Assembly (NCBI GenBank): GCA_000004985.1
Contig: GG738848.1
Strand: one strand, 5' to 3'
DNA from: Naegleria gruberi
Taxonomy: Eukaryota
Length of the DNA stretch: 64,000 bases
Each line of letters starts with the position of its first letter. Position 1 is the stretch's first letter. A model generated the notes under the pieces. The model made no database searches. It was not told where the DNA came from and saw only the letters and a list, made by a program, of their open reading frames with translations. Shown here in pieces: positions 22,904 to 34,700 of the stretch. A program made the position numbers and the translations under genes.

Positions 22904-24541
22904 ATGGAAGATATTCTTGTAACTTGTTTCGTGTACATCCCTCTTGGATGTATTCTTTTACTTTCAATCTTATTGGTGGAAAGATACGTTCAATATAAGA
23001 AACTTTGCAAAAAATATGAACACTTACCAGGTGTTACTCAATTTTTACCACCTCACATTGCTCAATTCCTTCCTAAATGGATGCTCCCAGATGGAATCAT
23101 TGATAATCCATTCGAAATCTTTACTCCAGACACAATCCTTCGAATCATTAAGGAAAATAATAGTGATTACTTTAAAATCATATTTGGTATTGCCAATTTA
23201 TCATTTGTTATTGGTGACTGTCCTGAATTAGCCAAAGAATTTGCAACCAAGGGTGCAAAAGTATTCAGAAAAACAGAATTTATGGACAGATCGAGTAAAG
23301 AATTATTTTTTGGAACCAACGTATTTGCTGAGCCAGACCACCATACTTGGTTAAAGCATAGACAATTAATTGATCAAAGTTTTTCACCATCCAATTTGAA
23401 ACTTGTTGCAGATGTTACTAATGAAGTGGTTGAGAAGGATATGATTCCTGCCATTAATTCTCAACTTGAAAGAAGAGATGTAATGGTTGACATGGCGAGA
23501 TTGACAATGGATGTTATTGGAAAGGCAGCTTTTGGATATAGTCTTAATTCATTCCATTCAAAGCCAGGTGAAGTAACCTTGGAACAACAAGGTAATATTT
23601 TTATGAGCTATCTTGATTATCTGAGAGTTATTCCAACAAAATTTTTGAGAAGTAACCTCAAAATTGGTGCTGTTGGTAAATTGCACTTTGCTGTTAAATC
23701 ATTCACTGATGTCATTAGTAAGATTATTGAAAAGAGAGAACGAAGTGATGATAAAGATGAAGCTGCCGATATTTTGTCTCTCCTATTGAAGGAGAGAAAG
23801 AATAATAGAGATCAATCGAGTGGTGGCATTTTGACTGATGAAGAACTAGTGTCAAATTCATTTGTGTTATTAGTGGCCGGCCATGATACTACGTCTAGAA
23901 CACTTGGTTATGCCACTTACTTACTCTCCAAGAATCCTCATATTCAACAAGAATTGCACGATGCAGTTGACAAAGTCGTAAAGGAAACTGGAAAAGATAC
24001 ATTTGATTTCTCAGACTATGAAAGTGGAAGATTGGACTATGTGAAAGCAGTATTTAATGAAGTGTTGAGATTAATCCCTGTTGCTTTTGGTTCTTTCAGA
24101 GATTTAACCAAAAATGTTGAATATAACGGAACAGTATTTCCAAAAGGAGCCATTTTTGGCATTTCATTTGTTCACACTCTCGTCAATGAAAAGTATTGGG
24201 ACGAACCATTATCTTTCAAACCAATGAGATTTATCAAGGATGGAAAGTTTATTGTTCCAAACAGTAATCCATTTGTTTTCACGCCATTTGGTGTCGGTGG
24301 AAGAATTTGTGCAGTAAGTTATTGAAATCAATCATCATGATTATTAATATTCTCTCTATTATCTATATATCAATAGGGTCGTTATTTCTCAACAGTTGAA
24401 GGATTATGTGCATTGGCCAAGTTAGCTAGAACCTACTCTTTCAAACTCTCAGATCCAAATTATGTTGTTCAACACGAAATGCACATTACATTGAAGCCAA
24501 AAGAGACTCTCTATGTTGATTTCATTCCTCGTCAACTCTAA
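22904..24541 (+). CDS. Cytochrome P450 monooxygenase
   Basis: Exons 22904..24313 and 24377..24541, with a 63-nt GTAAGT...TAG intron (524 aa). The intron splits the heme motif FTPFGVGGRICA|G (FxxGxRxCxG). Also present: an N-terminal membrane anchor, I-helix LLVAGHDTTS and the ExxR motif NEVLRL. Confidence 0.9.
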
Positions 24542-24711
24542 TACCTATATTCTTCCGTTGCGCCTAATAATAAAACAAACTACCTTACTGCATCTTTGTT
24601 CTATCTCTTGAACTAATTCCGTGAAGTCTTCACATCCTATTAAGGTCAAATTACCATCCTCTTTGCAGGCAATAAATCCGAGAAAAACGCATTGCGAATA
24701 ACTCAAAGAAA

Positions 24712-27083
24712 ATGTCTCGTGTTCAACCAATCACTGAGAATGGTGCAGTAGAAACAACCACACCTTATACACCAAGGAAGATTATTGAAAGCAAATCCAA
24801 AGTTCTCAACTTTTTAACCTCTATCAAATTTACTCTGACACTAATAATATTTCTGGTGATATTGTCATGTACAATAGTGTTCGATTCTATTTGGATGTCT
24901 GTCTTTGCAGGCGAAGTGAGTAAATTAAGTGAGAATGTGAGAAAATCAGAGTTTAATTTAATAATATCCAACACTGAGAGATCCATTAAGAAAGTGGTGT
25001 TGGCTTCGGAATTGGCAAAATCTCAACTTTATTCTGGTTTTGACTTCTCAAATGAAACCCAGTCTATGTCTCATACTTTTAGAATGCACAAAGCTATCAA
25101 ATCACATTTGAATGATCTACATATGCTCCTAGTTGGTGATTCCAATGGAAATATGTATGGAATAGAGCTGGAAGAAACCTCAGTAATGTTCACCATTGTA
25201 AACCAAGAAAAGGATCAAAGTTATTGGAATTGTACAGATCCAGATAAAAATGACGAATGTATTCACGGTGATTTTCCAGAGAGAGTTGAACCCTATTCGG
25301 ATTATACTTTCATTCCTCAGATAGCATCCAATAATCAAGGAAGGACGCTTTTCTCACCACCATTTATTGATTCACATTCTAATCAATTGAGTATTGCTTG
25401 CACTAGTATTTTAGCCATTCCTCCCTCATCCAAAACCATTAACTTTGTAACCATGCTTTGAATCTTGGGGAGTTTTTTGAGTTTCTTCATGAACAAGCAG
25501 ATAATATTCTAGAGGCTATTGCATTTGTCTTTGATACAAAATCCAGACTCTTGATTGTCTCTAGTAGTAAACAGAAGTTCTCTTCTGAGAGTTCCTCCAC
25601 ACTGAAAACATTCTCTGATGTTGGGGGAAGAATAGAAATAATTGGAAATCAAGTGGCAGCTCAGTTCAATAATGACTTGCAAAATTTTCCATGCAACACT
25701 AACTTGACTTTTGTGTTTGATCTTGTTACCTATGTATCTGTAGGAAGAATGTGTAATGAAGAAGGAATTGATTGGATATTTGTATATGATGTTCCTCAAT
25801 GGAATTACATGGGTTATACTACTCACCTTATTGCTTCGGGTAATGGGTCAATTGGGCTGTTGATAACCATGTTTATTCTGGCGTTTATATTTTCCAGTAT
25901 AGTTGTTAAGCCATTCAAAACGTTGATAGCATCGTTTGAATTGGTTTCGAATATGCAACTGGATAATTTTCAACTTTCGCCATCACTCATTTCTGAAGTG
26001 AAATCCTTGCAAGTTCACTTTATAGGTATGGTGGAAAGAATTAGATTGTACAGAAAGTTTATTCCAAGTCACTTGTTGAGTAAGTTGGACAACAACAATT
26101 CAGAAGATGATGTTGAGAATGTTGAAACATCTTTACAAGAAAAACCACAGGATTCACCTTTCTCAAATTCTCATTCAAGCAGTCTTTCAAGAAAACATCC
26201 CAAACAACAACCTTCAGATAATGTATTCTCGCTTTATTTGGAGAATAAGAAAGTTACAGTAGTGGCAGTGTTTTTGGACGGTGTCAATAACTTGTTCAAC
26301 AATGCCAATCCAAAAGAGTGTCTTTCCATTTTGACAGATGTTTTTGATGTAATTAACTATGTAGCAAAGATTAGTAATGGACAAGTTGGTAAATTTGAAA
26401 ATGAAACAGTTACAATTCTCTTCAATGCTTCAGGTGATCAACATAAACATGAAATGAAGGGTCTTCAATGCTGTCACTCCTTATTGAAGAAATTGATAAC
26501 TTTACAGGAAAATAAGCTATCACAGCATATTGTTTATGAGAATAATCCGACATTGAATTTAGATTTCCATATTGTTGCAACAACTCAAGAATGTATGTGT
26601 GGTAATGTGGGAACAAAGGAGATTATGAACTTTGGTGTTTTTGGAAGTGTTCAATACAATATTCAAGGCATGATTGAAACTACAAAAGAGTTGGATATTC
26701 CAATAGTTATTTCTCATGAATTATTCCAGAAAATTGACAACAAATTTCAAGTTAGATTTGTTGATTTTAAGAATTTTGTGTTGGATGATTATTATTCATA
26801 TCCAAACATTGCAGATAAAAGTCAAATTCACACACCAAGAAAAGTTTACGAATTGGGTGAAAGTATTAACAATGAAGCTGATGAATGGATGTATGAATTG
26901 AATGCAAAGGAGAAGAATGAACAATGGAATATTTACAATGAAGCATCACAAGAATATTTCAATGAGAATTTCAATAATGCTGCCACCTTACTTTCAACAT
27001 ATTTACAAAATAATGCAAGTGACAAAGTTGCTATCCATTTGAAGAAAAATTGTGAAAAGAGAATGACCATTGCAGATCTATAA
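24712..27083 (+). CDS. Single-pass sensor protein: extracellular Cache-like domain, TM, then a degenerate cyclase-homology domain and a TPR-like tail. The reading frame is interrupted at about 25459.
   Basis: ORFs 24712-25461 and 25458-27083 overlap by 4 nt in a -1 relationship. TM segments: LTLIIFLVILSCTIVF and IGLLITMFILAFIFSSIVV. The region KVTVVAVFLDGVNN...FHIVATTQECMCGNVGT...FGVFGSVQYNIQGM has the cyclase-domain layout but lacks IGDAY and the Asn/Arg pair. Confidence 0.65.
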
Positions 27084-27165
27084 ACAATTTTTATAAACTC
27101 TAATTGCGGATTGGTATTTAAGACAGAGGACTGATTGTAAAAGGATAATTTCGAATAAGAAAAAA

Positions 27166-28955
27166 ATGAAAAGACAATTTCAAGATGTCTCCTCGGCTAA
27201 TACTGTTGATACCACACTGAAAAAAGTGAAAGAAAATCCACATGATGATGCGTATTCACTTCTTGATCAATTATCGGAAGAATGCATTGAATCAGTGTTG
27301 GTGTTTTTAGGAGTTTTGAAGAAGGTATTCCATGACAAGATTAAAATGGAAAATGATGAAGACAATGATGATGATGATGATTATACTGGGTTAATTGTAA
27401 AGGGAATTGATAGAAATCAATTTGCGAAACATGCAGTGGTTAACTGGCAACAATTGAGGAATATTAGTTTAGTTTCAAAGAACTTATTCTCTAAATGTGC
27501 TCCTTTCATGTTTGAGCACGAGACTAGGCAAGTTACAAACCAAGTATTTGATAACATTTTTTCAAACCTATTGAAGCTCAGTTGAAAATGCTCGAATGTA
27601 AAATGACTTCAGACAAGTTGAAATTGAAAAAGATTAAACAATGGGAACAGTGGTTTGCTGGTGAGATTGGCCATCTTCACAAGGTACAATCCGTTGAATC
27701 ACAAAATGAATTGAAGGAAAAGGTTTTGAATAGAGCAAGCTATTCATTTAAGAATAGTAATCAGCAAATGAATGGAAGATGGGAAATTTCTGCATACTGC
27801 CACTTGATGGAAGATTTACATTTACATCATGCATTTGAATGTGATTATGATAGTTGCAGTTTTACTATTGGTTTGTTTGGAGATCTTGATCAAGTCAACC
27901 AGTCGATTAAGGAAGATTTAATGAAATATTTAGATCTTCCTAATAATACAAGTTTTAAGAGTGAAGATAGTGATGAAGATTTCTATGACGAAGAAGAAGA
28001 AGAAGACAATAGAAAGTACAATCCAGTTGAACTAATGACCTCTCAATATGTTAACAGCTCAGTTAACACCTGTGTTCTCAATTATATCAGAGAAAAGCTT
28101 GGAATTTCTTCTCAAGTCACTAATTTAGAGCTTGTTGCTGCTTTGGTTTATATCTTTCCCTATGATATTTCTGTAAAATCATCAGATATTGTCTACGAAG
28201 ATGTTCAATTTAACGACGAGGAAGTTGAGATTGATTTTACACTCAACCATACTCCAAAGAAAAGTAAGGAAAGGACATATAATGAAGAAACAGATAAGGA
28301 TATATGTTGCAAACCTTGTGAAGGTCGTTCTATTTTTGATATTGGAAATGATATGTTGCTTCAAATCCTTTCCTTTTTAAGATTTAGATATGTTGCAACA
28401 CTCTCAGAAACAAGCAAGACATTTTACAGTGCTTATTTAAGAAGTGGGTGGTCATTCCCAATTAGAATGGGTAAGGTTATCGATTCACTCTCTCCAATTC
28501 TAAACAAGCAAGGTATTGAGAGATCTCTTTCAGTTGTACGTGATGCCAGATACTATGCATTTAACACTCACCCTTATTTTGTTCAATATTTGGAAGTAAG
28601 ATATGAAAATATCGACTACCTATCCTCTGTTAAAACAGTAATGAAAGTTGGAAACCGTACTTATAGCTTTGAAGGATTTGATGATGAAGGATCAAGTCCT
28701 TATTTTACAATGGATGACATTACAAATGGGAAAGTTAAGAAATATTATCCTAAGGACCATGATTTTTACTGTTCAAATGGCGATCTAGTTGTGAGAGTGG
28801 AAGCCATTGCTACCCTAACCAACATGTTTGGATATATGGATGGTAAGGATTTAGTAGAGAAATTCTTGGAACTTCTTCCTTTTGAAAATTGGAGATATGT
28901 AAGTGAAATTAGAATTGGAGATGAGAAAAAGAAACCAAAGCCAAAGAGAAAATAA
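27166..28955 (+). CDS. Hypothetical protein(s) with two F-box-like segments. Either one gene with a frame break at about 27582, or two abutting ORFs.
   Basis: ORFs 27166-27585 and 27582-28955 overlap by 4 nt (-1 offset). F-box-like stretches: LLDQLSEECIESVLVFL and IGNDMLLQILSFLRFRYVATLSETSKTFY. There are acidic runs. No other domain was recognised. Confidence 0.45.
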
Positions 28956-28981
28956 ACTAAACTTAAGTAACCATGATTTAT

Positions 28982-29878
28982 TTACAAAGTTTGATGAATA
29001 TCACCAGGGAATAGAGGAATAATATCTGCAGAAACATGAGCAAATGAATCCCTGCCCAAAATTTCATCATAATGTGAGAGAGTTCCATGATGAACAATTA
29101 GAGTTTGCTTTGGAACTAATTTCTTATGGAGCTCAATGATATTTTGAGAATTGTTGGTAATGTTTCCAATAACATTAGTGGAAATATCACCAACAAATGG
29201 TGTTTTCTTCAATGATGCTTCTCCTCCATTAGTAATTACAAAATCAAATTGTTCTCTTGTCAATTCATCCACATCTTTGGCAATGTTTCTCTCATTAAAG
29301 ACTGAATCTCCAGTGACATAAAACTTAGTTTGATTTTCCTTAATTTTGACAATGTAACCATTAGCATTACCCATTGTAATATTGCCAAATTCTTCATTTT
29401 GTCCATGGATTGCATTCACTGAATGGATGGAAATGGTCAACCCTTTAACTTGAAGTTCCAAATCTTGTTGAGGATTCATCCAATGAACAACTCTGCCATC
29501 AAATGTGATATCCTCATGTTTGAATATTTGAGTCAATAGGAATTGAACACCTGGATGAGCAACGATAATAGATTTTGGATTTCCTTTCAAAATCTTTTCC
29601 AAGCCATATCTGTCTACGTGATCTTCGTGTCCATGAGTGAGAAGCCACAAATCAATATTGGTCAAATCATTTTCACCTTTGAGAGAAGGAGCATTCAAAC
29701 GCTCTGATTTGAACAAACCAAAATCAAAGACATGACCTTGTGGACAAAGCATTGGATCAATGGCAATTTGAACTGTTTCGTTTGAGTTTTCAGTTGTTGT
29801 TTCATAGACAAAGGTAGCTCCACCAATTGATCTAATGGTACCTTTTGGAAGTTGTTCTGTACTTGTTGCTGTGCTCAT
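28982..29878 (-). CDS. Metallo-beta-lactamase-fold hydrolase
   Basis: ORF 28982-30037. The preferred start is ATG 29878 (MSTATSTEQL, with A-rich context). The upstream ATG at 30037 is an alternative. The HxHxDH motif LLTHGHEDHVD is present, with downstream His/Asp ligand candidates (AHPG, AIHG, VTGDS, VHHG). Confidence 0.8.
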   Translation of the reverse strand: MSTATSTEQLPKGTIRSIGGATFVYETTTENSNETVQIAIDPMLCPQGHVFDFGLFKSERLNAPSLKGENDLTNIDLWLLTHGHEDHVDRYGLEKILKGNPKSIIVAHPGVQFLLTQIFKHEDITFDGRVVHWMNPQQDLELQVKGLTISIHSVNAIHGQNEEFGNITMGNANGYIVKIKENQTKFYVTGDSVFNERNIAKDVDELTREQFDFVITNGGEASLKKTPFVGDISTNVIGNITNNSQNIIELHKKLVPKQTLIVHHGTLSHYDEILGRDSFAHVSADIIPLFPGDIHQTL

Positions 29879-30267
29879 GTTTTTTTGATTTAGGTAATCA
29901 TTTAGCAGTGCAATAGTTTGTAAAATAGGTTTACGGATATGAAAAAGTTTCGGTTTTTGAGCGTGCGGACTTTTTTTCCCTCCAAACTTTAACTTCAATC
30001 CCTTAGTGTTTCGAAAGAGATTACAGTCCTCGACCATTCTACTGCCTTTGACAGTAAATTATTACTGGCTGACACAGTAGTCAATCAGCCGAAATCTGGA
30101 TGCAATATTAAAAATGAAATTACAATTTGTTTTTTTTAATTTTTAAAGAATAATAACTGTACACAAAGATTTTATCTTTTGGAATAGGAAGGATGGAAGA
30201 GGAAAGAGATTGGAATATTCTCTCGATTATAAATTAATAATTTTGTAAACATGACACTAGATTTTTC

Positions 30268-31268
30268 TTATCCACAACATGATTTCTTCTTCTTTTCGTT
30301 GGATGTATTTTGATTTTGATCAATTCTAACAGTACCAGAGTTGGATGTTTTTGGCTTTTCTTCTTCAGTTGACTTTTTAGTGTTTGAAGGAGAGCTATCT
30401 TCGACTATTGGTTCTACTTCTCCAGAATCAATTAATCTGGATTTAATTTCTCTAGCAATAGTAAAGAAAGCTTCCTCCACATTAATATTGTTTTTAGCAC
30501 TGGTTTCCATGAATGGAATTCCATAACTCTTGGCCAATGATTGTCCTCTTTCTGTTTCCACAATTTTCTTTTCGATTAAATCACACTTATTTCCGATCAA
30601 CATCTTATTGACATTATCAGCTGCATGTTCTTCTATATTTTTCATCCAATTTCTAATGTTCAAGAATGATTGTTCATCAGTAACGTCATAAGTTAACATA
30701 ATACCCATAGCACCTCTATATTATTATTATTATTAAATTAATATTTAGACAAATGACTATTATTCTTACCTATAATACGCTGTTGTAATAGTTCTAAATC
30801 TCTCTTGTCCAGCACTAAATAATTATCATCATTTCATGTTGTTGTATTATTATTTTACTTACGTATCCCAAATTTGTAATTTTACTCGCTTTCCATCTAA
30901 TTCAATAGTTCTTATTTTGAAATCAATACCGATGGTAGTTATAAAGTTTGTTGTAAAAGTGTCATCACTAAATCTGAGAAGCAGACAACTCTTTCCCACA
31001 CCTACATGATTTTAAATTTGTTATTTTTGTTGTTATTTCATCATCATCATACAAGTATTAATATCATATAATATTATACAAATAATATCATCATCATTCC
31101 GTCATCAATTCCAACGTAGGCAATTTAAATTTTAAAAAACAAAATAATCCACCCACACTCAACTTGATTAAAATCCAGTGTATACTTACCACTATCTCCA
31201 ATGAGCAATAATTTACAAAGGTAATCATACTGTGCGTTACCAGATCGTGATGGTGGAGGGACTGACAT
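30268..31268 (-). CDS. RAB8: Rab family small GTPase, Rab8/Sec4-like
   Basis: Four exons: 31268..31190, 31001..30863, 30814..30770 and 30715..30268. Introns are 188, 48 and 54 nt. Total 711 nt (236 aa). Motifs: [70 protein letters not shown]. The C-terminus is KKSCCG. Confidence 0.9.
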
Positions 31269-31715
31269 GACGATTTTCTATTAATTTTTTAAAATAAAAA
31301 TTTAAACGTTGGAAATGACGAGGCAAACAAGATGATGGAAAAATGCCCATTTGATGACTAAAAAATAAATATTCGCAGCTCATCACCCGTTGAAAATGTT
31401 GAAGTTTGTTGTGTTGAAATCATGTCTCTCTTGACATTAAACAAGTGTACGATTAAAATGGATATCGGAAGATGGTGTGTTGGCATATCCAATGAAAATA
31501 TTCGAATTGGGTATTTTTTATTGTAAGATAGTATGAATTTTGAAATTGAATCAATATAGTCATGAAATATTTCAATAGGAATACTGATTCAATTCTTTAA
31601 TCAGTTTCATTTCCTTCTTATTAAGACGATGAGGATTAGCTTTGATTTTCTGAATAACAATAGGACTACTTTCGTTTATCTTTAATTATTATATTGTAAC
31701 AATTTTAAATAGAAT

Positions 31716-34700
31716 TTACATGTCTTCCCAATCGTCGTCGTCATCCATATCATCATATGGATTACCAATATCCAATCCATGAGCTGTATTGCTCAAAACA
31801 AGTACTAATTGGAAAACGTACTTGTTAAAGAATTTTCCTGGTTCTCTCTCAATGACTGTTGGTTGGTGGAATGTTGGTTCAAACAAATTATAGTCTAGTT
31901 CTGAATCAATATATGGTGTATCTTCAAGGTCCATTTCGATTTCAGATTTCCTCTCATATTTTCCAATTTGAACGCTATCCATATCGAAGGATTCATTTGC
32001 AAATAAATATTTAACTTTGTAGAGATCTGTTGGAATGAATTGATCAGTGAGATCAACTGCAAACAATCCACTCTTTCTTGATTTTGGCTTAATGTAAAAG
32101 TGAACATTATTCCCAAATGCATGAATGGTATCAGATGAAAAACAATCATCCACTAGAGTTTCTAATGGTGTAAGGATGGTTATTGTTTCGTGGTGAATTG
32201 GTCTTTCCTTTGAAATTTGTCTAGAGAGCCAAGGATGCTTGTTACTTAAATAATTGAGAGGATTATTTGGAAAGGTAGTTAATGGGTGGACTTGTTTCAT
32301 CTTCTTTTCAAGTAATTTAATACAAATAATAGTTCTATAATTGAACTCAGTCAATGATTTTTCATAAGGATCCTTGTTATAATAGACGTTATCTGAAACA
32401 AAATCATCTTTGAACTTGAACTTGTGGGTTTTCACATAATAATATGATGGATCAAAATTGAAATTCATAAACAAAACTTTGACTTGCAAATGGTCCAATT
32501 GTAAGCTGATTTCATCTGGATTCGTAGAATGTACTGAATCCAAATGTAATGAGGTTCTCACCTCTCCAAGATACTCTCCATTCTGAATACTGAGATACCA
32601 CTTGAAACCAAAGGCTTCAAAAGTATGAGACTTGATCTTTTTAAAGAGCTCCACGTTGAAACCATGGGAAATATCAATACAATCCACATATGTATTCTTA
32701 TCTGCCCATGCAGGATCCACTGCTATGGAAACCCTCTCCCTTGTTGGAATTGATACATCTAGTGGATCAACTTTACGGAAAGCTTCCTTTTCTTTCTTCA
32801 CTTTAGCGGAAAGATTAGTGAAAGGATTATAAATATGTTGAATGCTACTGAACTTTTCAAAGTATTGTGCCATAACTGCAGGGCAATTAATGTTAAAACA
32901 GTATGCAGATGTGATGGCATGACAAAATTCAGAAAATGATGGAGTACTAGTTATTTCCATGGAAAAAGAAATGGTGGAAAGGATTAGAAACAAATCTGGG
33001 AAGGAGAATATTTGTAATAAACAGTCTTTTTCTCTGACACATCTTTCCATGAACTTGGTAACTGTTTTGACTAATTGTGGATTAACCATGAATAAAGCTT
33101 GTGGCAGTGAGCTAGAAATCTTGGATATTGTATCCAAGTCATTCAAATCCAGTAAAATAGACAGTATTGCTAGTACTATTCCATAACTTGCTCCCTTGAT
33201 AAATGGTTCAATTGAATTTGAGCAGCAAAACTGTAATCTAGCTATTTGCTCTTGGCTGAGTATTCCTTCATTCAATCTAGCAAAAACAGAATTGACAAAT
33301 TTTAACATGTCATTTTGGTGTAGAGGCATAAAGTCACTATTCGTTGATAGCAATAGGTAATAGAAAAGCCAAAACTCATTGTCACGCTCAAGACGTAATC
33401 CTTTCTCTTTCAAAAGAGTCAAAACAGAGCAAGCACAAAGGTTCAATTCTATCAGTTTTCTCTCCTTCATCAATTTGGTAAAGTGAGTTGTGTGTAATTC
33501 TTGGAAAAGAGTATCTATTGACTTGTACGTTTCCATCATTAGCCTGCTTTTAAGTTCCTCATTGACTGTGGAATAGGCTTTTTCAAAATCAAATTTTCTT
33601 TCCTTAATTTTAGATGAGAACATGTGGAAATTTCTTTCGTATTCTAGGAGAGATATTTCATTACAATCCTTAAATTCTCTACAGTCTATTACCATTAAAT
33701 TTCTCAAATTTTCCATTGAGGTGAAGTGGTGAGTGATAGAATTGGTTAAAAACTTGGATCCACCAATTAACAATTCTTCTATTGGAGAATCCTTTGTACA
33801 AATAGTGGCAACTGTTTCATTTTGCAAACATTCCATCTTGAGCTTGAGTATTCTTAGATTTTTGAGTGCCAAAATATTATTGATAAAACCAGTATAACTC
33901 GGATCAACAATGTGGGAAAAGACTTCCAAATTATTTAAGGAGAGTGGCAGGACAATATCATTTGGGAGGCAAACATTCAAAGAAAGTTCCAAGTTTTTGA
34001 GCGTCTTGAATTGTGTAAGATCCATATCGCTATCATAGACCATTTTGAGAGATTTGATATTTTGCTTATTAGGAAGTAAATTTACAATATTACAAGTAAA
34101 TAATTTTCCAGAAACTGTTCTCAAGTTTGGTAAATGAATCTTGGAGCTGAGCGTAGCCGACAAGTTGTTATTTTCTGTCTCAAAATCCAAATTCAATGTT
34201 TCAATATTTGAGCATCTCTTTAAGAATGAGAAATCGAAATATTCTTCTTCTTCTCCTTGTAAATTGATTTCCTTGATGGCGTTGTCAACAATAATAGGTA
34301 CCAAAGAACCAGCACCACTATTCAAAGTACATGTAAGAGATTCCAAATGTTTCAAAGTTGAATTATTTGAAAGGGAATGGAGACATTTTGATGTGAACTT
34401 GACTTCCTCCACATCGAACACCAATTTCAGTTTCTTCAAGTTCTTTAAACAAACAATAGAATTTAACAATATATCATTCATTTCTAGCCCAGTACAATAC
34501 AAGCCTAGATAGGTCAACTTTTCTGAATAGATACCAAAGGGATTAATTGCTGATTTTGTATTGATACTATAAGGCAAAGAAATGGAAGATATATTGAGAG
34601 TAATTCCTTTTTTTTTGAAAATTGAAAAGAAAGAGCTTGACATGGTAGTGCATGATTCATCAAGAGTAACATGAAATGATGTTAATTTGGGCAATGATTC

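Noticed and set aside
24545-24730. Minus-strand 61-aa ORF between the P450 and the sensor gene
   Set aside because: It lies in the 3'UTR/promoter spacer and overlaps the next gene's start. It has no motifs.
18690-27590. Programmed -1 ribosomal frameshifting at the three frame breaks
   Set aside because: No X XXY YYZ slippery heptamer or obvious downstream structure is present at 18698, 25459 or 27582. A one-base homopolymer error explains all three more simply.
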